The notes under the pieces: generated by a model
Databases searched by the model: none
What the model saw: the letters and a program-made list of their open reading frames with translations, nothing else
Told to the model about the DNA's origin: nothing
Translations under genes and position numbers: made by a program
Source: Octopus sinensis
Taxonomy: Eukaryota
Length of the DNA: 27,947 nt
Assembly (NCBI RefSeq): GCF_006345805.1
Contig: NW_021827539.1
Location: forward strand, 1-27,947
Direction: 5' to 3'
In this document: positions 22,670-27,947 of the stretch, one piece after another
Numbering within the stretch: the first letter of the stretch is position 1
How the letters are laid out: each line of letters opens with the position of its first letter

Positions 22670-23046
22670 TTATATGAGCGTATTGATGTATATTCCCCAA
22701 TACAAAGCACGGTAATCCAGCCTGTTGTGAAAGGCGGCCAAATGTTCTTGAAAATCTCATATCCAGCCATCTTACATTTGAAGTGCACATGCTGGACAAT
22801 GCATTTCTATGTAGACACAGTACAATTGCACACGAGCAGCAGGAAACTTCCCGGTGGGCGGTGATGTTGCTAATATATTTAATTATAATATCATTAGTTT
22901 AACAATAAAACTAATTATATCTAACTAATGCACAAATAATTACGTTAAAACTTTCGAAGATGTACTATAATTTCCTTTAGTATTTAATCACTAATTATCA
23001 ATCGTTAATCATTGTTAAACAACCAACTATTACAAACGATGAACCA

Positions 23047-23099
23047 GCATTAATCATTAAGCATTAATCATTACGCATTAATCATTAAGCATTAATCAT
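23047..23099. repeat. 4 x 14-bp tandem GCATTAATCATTAM
   Basis: Units at 23047, 23061, 23075, 23089 (last incomplete). Confidence 0.92.
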
Positions 23100-23319
23100 C
23101 GGTTTATATACACCTATCGCTGGGTTGCTTGTATGTCGTCACTTGACATGCTGCAAGTAGCAGCTGAATTTTCCTCAATCTGTAGCTTATCGTTTTAAGA
23201 AAAAGGGACATGTTTGATGATGTAGTCTTAGATACACTTTTTGTAAATATACGCGGTGGTCATGGCTAAAGCGCCTTTGAACATTGATTTCTTCAATTAG
23301 GACTGGTTTGTGTCTAAAT

Positions 23320-24010
23320 ATCACCACCACCAATATCAACGATATCGACATCAACGCTATCAACGCCAATGACACCACCGCCACCACCAACAACAACACC
23401 AACACTGCCACCACCATCAACAACAATACCAACACCACCAGCATCACTACCACCACCACCAACAACAACAACACCAGCATCAGCACCACCACCACCATCA
23501 CTACCAACAACAACACCACCACCACTAAAAACTATCACCACCATCACCAACACCATCACCACCAATTCCACCTCCACCATCACCACCAATTCCACCTCCA
23601 CCATCACCAACGCCACCACCATCACTACCACCACCATCACTACCACCACCACCAACAACAACAACACCACCAATACCACCATCAGCACCACCACCATCAC
23701 CACCAACAACACCACCAACACCATCACCACCAATTCCACCTCCACCATCACCAACACCACCATCACCAACGCCACCACCATCACAACCACCAACAACAAC
23801 AGCACCACCAACACCACCACCATCACCACCACCACCACCACCACCAACACCACCAACACCACCAACACCAACACCAACAACAACACCACCACCACCACCA
23901 TCACCATCCCCACAATCACCAACACCACCAGCATCACCAACACCACCACTAACACCACCATCAGCACTACCACCACCAACACTACCACCACCACAAATAG
24001 CAACAACATC
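23320..24010. repeat. Degenerate (ACC/AAC)n tract
   Basis: Direct reading; source of poly-T/H/V/G ORFs. Confidence 0.95.
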
Positions 24011-24103
24011 ATGATGGTCATCAGAACGCTTCCGGTTACTTTGGAGCACCCCCACGTACATTCCTTCGGTATTTTTTTGTTTTATCATATCATGTATGTA
24101 TAC

Positions 24104-24551
24104 GGCGTAGGAGTGGCTGTGTGGTAAGTACCTTGCTTCCCAACCACATGGTTCCGGGTTCAGTCCCACTGATTGGCGCCTTGGGCAAATGTCTTCTACT
24201 ATAGCCTCGGGCCGGCCAAAGCCTTGTGAGTGGATTTGGTAGACGGAAACTGAAAGAAGCCCGTCGTTTATATATATAGATATAGATATATATAATATAT
24301 ATATATATATATATTATGGTGTGTGTGTGTGTTGTGTGTGTGTGTGTGTTTGTGTGTCTGTATTTGTCCCCCCAACATCACTTGACAACCGATGCTAATG
24401 TGTTTACGTCCCCGTAACTTAGCGGTTCGGCAAAAGAGACCGATAGAATAAGTACTAGGCTTACAAAGAATAAGTCCTGGGGTTGATTTGCACGACTAAA
24501 GGCGGTGCTCCAGCATGGCCACAGTCGAATGACTGAAAGAAGTAAAAGAGA
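24104..24551 (+). mobile_element. SINE family B, full length, 6-bp TSD
   Basis: tRNA-like head TGGCTGTGTGG..GGGTTCAGTCCC; CCTTGGGCAA block reminiscent of the CORE-SINE domain; GTATAC at 24098-24103 and 24552-24557. Confidence 0.94.
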
Positions 24552-24557
24552 GTATAC

Positions 24558-24775
24558 GACGATGAGCAGGTAGAATCATTTGCACAATGCGAAAACTTGT
24601 TTAGCGTAATTTCTCCTGTCCTTATGCTCTGAGCTGAAAATCCGCCGAGGTCGACTTTGCCTTTCGCCCATTCAGGATCGATAAAATAAGCAATAGTTGA
24701 GTATTGGTATCGATACAGTCAACTAAAACCTTCCTTCTCAAATTTCAGGCCTTATGGCCATAGTAGAAAGAATTG
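24558..24775 (+). mobile_element. SINE family A, old diverged copy
   Basis: TCCGCCGAGGTCGACTTTGCCTTTC core and TAGTAGAAAG tail. Confidence 0.8.
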
Positions 24776-25074
24776 TTATTATCAAGTATTCATTTAGAGT
24801 CTTCCTCTACCAACAAAAATAATATTTTATGATGTTGCTGATTTTGTCAAAAAAAAATAAATAAATAAAAAGCAAACAAAAAGAAATGTTTTTACAAAGA
24901 AATATTAATTATTTTATTGCGAACTGAAATCTTTTTGCCTGTTTTAAATTGATGAAATTAGCGAAAATAATAAATTATTGTTTTGTGAACGGGCGAAAAT
25001 ATATTTCTTAAATATTGAATTACCATTAATTTGATTGATTAGGATATTAGAAAGAAAAAAAAATCAGAAAACTT

Positions 25075-25484
25075 GCAGGTATGGCCGTATGGTAAGAAGT
25101 TTACTTCCCAGTCATACTGTTTACGGGTTCAAGTACTGCTGCGAGCAACTTGGGCAAATGCCTCCCGTTATATATTTCTTTACTACCCACAAGGGGCTAA
25201 ACATAGCGTGGACAAACAAGGACAGGCAAAGGGATTAAGTCCATTACATCAACCCCAGTGCGTAACTGGTTCTTAATTTATCGACCTCGAAAGGATGAAA
25301 GGCAAAGTCGACCTCGGCGGAATTTGAAATCAGAACGTAACGGCAGACGAAATACGGCTACGCATTTCGCCCGGCGTGCTAACGTTTCTGCCAGCTCGCC
25401 GCCTTCAATGCCTCCCATTATAGTCTCAGCTCAGCTCGACCAAACACTTGTGAACGAATTTGGTAAAAAGTAACTGAAAGAAGC
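25075..25484 (+). mobile_element. SINE family B 5' half (diverged), host of a nested family A copy
   Basis: Head and CTTGGGCAAATG before the insertion; GACCAAA..AACTGAAAGAAGC after. Confidence 0.8.
25173..25406 (-). mobile_element. SINE family A, full length, nested, 16-bp TSD
   Basis: AATGCCTCCCGTTATA 25157-25172 and AATGCCTCCCATTATA 25407-25422. Confidence 0.94.
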
Positions 25485-25486
25485 TT

Positions 25487-25511
25487 TTATATATTTTTGC
25501 ATATATATATA

Positions 25512-25551
<40 letters not shown>

Positions 25552-25680
25552 TAATATATATATTATATATGTATGTATATGTAGTATGTATGATGTATAT
25601 GTATGTATGTATATGTGTATGTATGTAGTATGTATGTATGTATGTATGTATATATGTGTGTATGTGTGTGTGCATATATC
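25487..25680. repeat. (TA)n/(TATG)n
   Basis: Direct reading. Confidence 0.93.
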
Positions 25681-25794
25681 CAGGTTTGTATGACTGTATA
25701 CAGAGGAATATATTAATCAATGCAATTTCAATATAGTAAAGTTATAAAAATTGCAAGTAATAAAACGTGAAAATCAGACAAATTTGGAATTTCA

Positions 25795-26033
25795 TTGATG
25801 ATTCCCAGGGCACCTATGACAACAGGTATTGTTTTAGTCTTCAGGTTTCACATTTTGCTAAATTCTATTTCAAGATCTTTATACTTGCTCAGTTTTTGGT
25901 AGCTCTTGACAGATACGTTTATATTGATTGGGACAGTCATATCAATGAGGAGGCATGATTTTTGTCTGAAGTTTTTCAATATGATGTCTGGCCTATTTGC
26001 ATCTATCTTTCTGTCAATTTGAATGGTGAAGTT
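25795..26033 (-). pseudogene. R4/Dong-like LINE restriction-like endonuclease fragment
   Basis: ORF track NRPDIILKNFRQKSCLLIDMTVP..KLSKYKDLEIE, continuing past a stop as NLKTKTIPVVIGALGII; PD..D..K..KY..L pattern; protein-level paralogue of 17369-17747. Confidence 0.88.
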
Positions 26034-26071
26034 TTTCTTCAGTGTTGCATAAATATGCATTAATTTTAGCG

Positions 26072-26141
26072 CCCTTACTGAAGACGCATGGATGGCAAAT
26101 TAATTTATTTGCACATTGATGCAGAAACTCGAGTATGAGGG
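26072..26141 (+). ncRNA. Type I hammerhead ribozyme motif with long stem II
   Basis: ccctta-CTGAAGA-cgcat..gcaaat taattt atttgc..atgca-GAAA-CTCGAG-TA-tgaggg; 6-bp stem I; palindromic ACTCGAGT; GUA site; closing pair of stem II mismatched. Confidence 0.78.
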
Positions 26142-26209
26142 TAACTACTGAAATGTTTTTATTTTTCCCTCCCTTTGCTATTACTCTTATTCATGGTTTG
26201 GGCTTTAAC

Positions 26210-26337
26210 TACCCTTTCCAGCACATAAGATGTCCTGTTAAAGGTCACCTCTTTTGTGTATAAAAACGTACACTAATTCATATATATACACAAAAGCGGT
26301 GACCTTTAACAGGACATCTTACGTGCTGGAAAGGGTA
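26210..26337. repeat. Inverted repeat, 53-bp arms, 22-nt spacer
   Basis: 26210-26262 vs 26285-26337, two mismatches. Confidence 0.95.
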
Positions 26338-26674
26338 TATACATATATATATACATATACATATACATTATATACATATATATCATTGATGCATACAAGA
26401 AGGAGTACCATTGTACATTTATTTGTGATCGCTACATTGTCTCCGCGCAAAGTAGTTCTCCAGGTCCGCTGCTGTTTGGTTATGCAGATGTTTTCCAACA
26501 TTATGAGATCTAGTTGTTTTTCCTCAGGTAATATATAAATAAATATTGTCTCCGTAGACACAAAATCTTAGCTTCAAGCACACCCTTTCTGTCTGTCGTG
26601 GTTTGCAGGGTTGCAGTAGTCACTCGGTGTATCAAGGAATAACTTGTGACTTAAAGTCTGTTGGTAAACGGCAC

Positions 26675-26744
<70 letters not shown>

Positions 26745-26771
26745 CTATATATCTATCTATCTATCTATATA

Positions 26772-26965
26772 CTTTATTTAAAGCAGCAGAAAATTCAACA
26801 AAACCTGTTACTCTGAGTTTCCCGTTGCCGTTCATCGGACAGTTTTGCGAGCAAAAACTGTCCGATGAACGGCAACGGGAAACTAAATAAAGCATATTAC
26901 TCTACCACTGGTATTTGAGTACTCTTTTTTCCACCTTGTTTCACATTTATGTGTTACTCCGGTAT
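26772..26965. mobile_element. Palindromic hammerhead-bearing element between microsatellites
   Basis: Perfect 31-bp arms 26816-26846 / 26854-26884; outer CTTTATTTA / TAAATAAAG match. Confidence 0.8.
26805..26842 (-). ncRNA. Minimal type I hammerhead-like motif with CCGAUGA core variant
   Basis: ctgt-CCGATGA-aCG gcaa CGg-GAAA-CTC a GAG-TA-acag. Confidence 0.6.
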
Positions 26966-26976
26966 CTATCTATCTA

Positions 26977-27009
<33 letters not shown>

Positions 27010-27028
27010 GATTATCTATCTATATAAA

Positions 27029-27119
<91 letters not shown>

Positions 27120-27125
27120 TAGATA
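26966..27125. repeat. (CTAT)n/(TA)n
   Basis: Direct reading. Confidence 0.95.
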
Positions 27126-27250
27126 GCAAATCACATCGGAGAAGACACGTTTGAAGTTACGTGCTTTCGTGTGGAAATTTGTATGTTTTTTTTTTAAATA
27201 TAAATATATGAAAGAATGAAGTTGAACGACGAATTAACAAAATTCCTTTA

Positions 27251-27333
27251 TTTTCGACATATGTTTCGAAGGCTGCATATTCCTAATTGCGAAGGAATAA
27301 GGAGTATATTATGCCGCTTTCTCATCAGGAAAA
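27251..27333 (-). ncRNA. Type I hammerhead ribozyme motif, canonical core
   Basis: ttttc-CTGATGA-GAAAGCGGCATA..TATGCAGCCTTC-GAAAC-atat-GTC-gaaaa; 5-bp stem I; 12-bp stem II with two mismatches; AATAAA overlaps the 3' end. Confidence 0.82.
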
Positions 27334-27469
27334 GCAAGGAACTTATGTCAACATCAAGATGCACAAAAAAAAAAATATATATATATACAAAAAAGAATAT
27401 ATATATATATATACACATACATACATACATATATATATACACACACATATATACATACATATACATATG

Positions 27470-27736
27470 TCCTTAAATCCTTAAATCCTTAAAAATGTTT
27501 AAGCCCGGAGGCTGCGGCCATGCTGGGGCACCACCGCTGAATGAGCTACACTAATATGTGAACCCACCTCTGATACGTGGCACTTGGTCAAGAAGGGAGT
27601 TCGATGCTGCTGCCCGCATCCGTGTCTCCTGTCGTGAAGTAGATCCAGTTTAGTTTTAAAGAAACCCACATCCACACCATGCAAGTCTCTCAGGCATTCA
27701 GGGAAGATGTTAAAGAGTTGTGGTCCTCTGAAACCC

Positions 27737-27738
<2 letters not shown>
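27470..27738 (-). mobile_element. CR1-like LINE 3' end with (TTTAAGGA)n tail
   Basis: ORF track GFRGPQLFNIFPECLRDLHGVDVGFFKTKLD matches the CR1-group ORF2 C-terminus pattern (N.LP..FK..LD); short tandem-repeat tail 27470-27493. Confidence 0.8.
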
Positions 27739-27767
<29 letters not shown>

Positions 27768-27947
27768 TGTATGTTTGTATGTATGTATATGTGTGTGTGG
27801 TGTGTGTGTATGTGTGTGTGTATGTGTGTGTGTATATCCATAGTATTGTAGAGATTACTATTATATTTTCTTTTGGTCGAGTCAGTCTTTACTCAGAGTT
27901 TCGCTTAAATAAACATACACACACACACACACACATACAAACACACA

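Noticed and set aside
23145-23320. Dispersed repeat related to 10790-10825 on the opposite strand
   Set aside because: Only ~30 bp of loose similarity inside the window; cannot classify
23187-24169. Poly-His/Thr/Gly ORFs over 200 aa
   Set aside because: (ACC/AAC)n repeat artefacts
26485-26530. Minus-strand CTGAGGA..GAAA hammerhead candidate
   Set aside because: No stem I partner or clear cleavage triplet

Overview
Eukaryotic (animal) non-genic DNA, saturated with repeats. The SINE families look like those of Octopus/coleoid cephalopods; this is recalled resemblance, not a search result. I find no intact host gene. Almost all ORFs in the track are artefacts of microsatellites or SINEs. The window holds large simple-repeat tracts and three tRNA-headed SINE families (A, B, C here), several with target-site duplications. 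Manual translation across frameshifts reveals fossil coding remnants: a Helitron Rep/Pif1-helicase (~2600-5765), a Tx1/L1-like LINE, two R4/Dong-like LINE ends, a CR1-like LINE 3' end and Penelope-like GIY-YIG endonuclease fragments. The most notable signal is about five sequence-unrelated type I hammerhead-ribozyme motifs plus remnants, mostly in fold-back elements. One element joins a tRNA-like Pol III head to a hammerhead-bearing tail with an inverted second copy (21384-21890), a candidate Penelope-mobilised SINE. All alignments and folds were done by eye.
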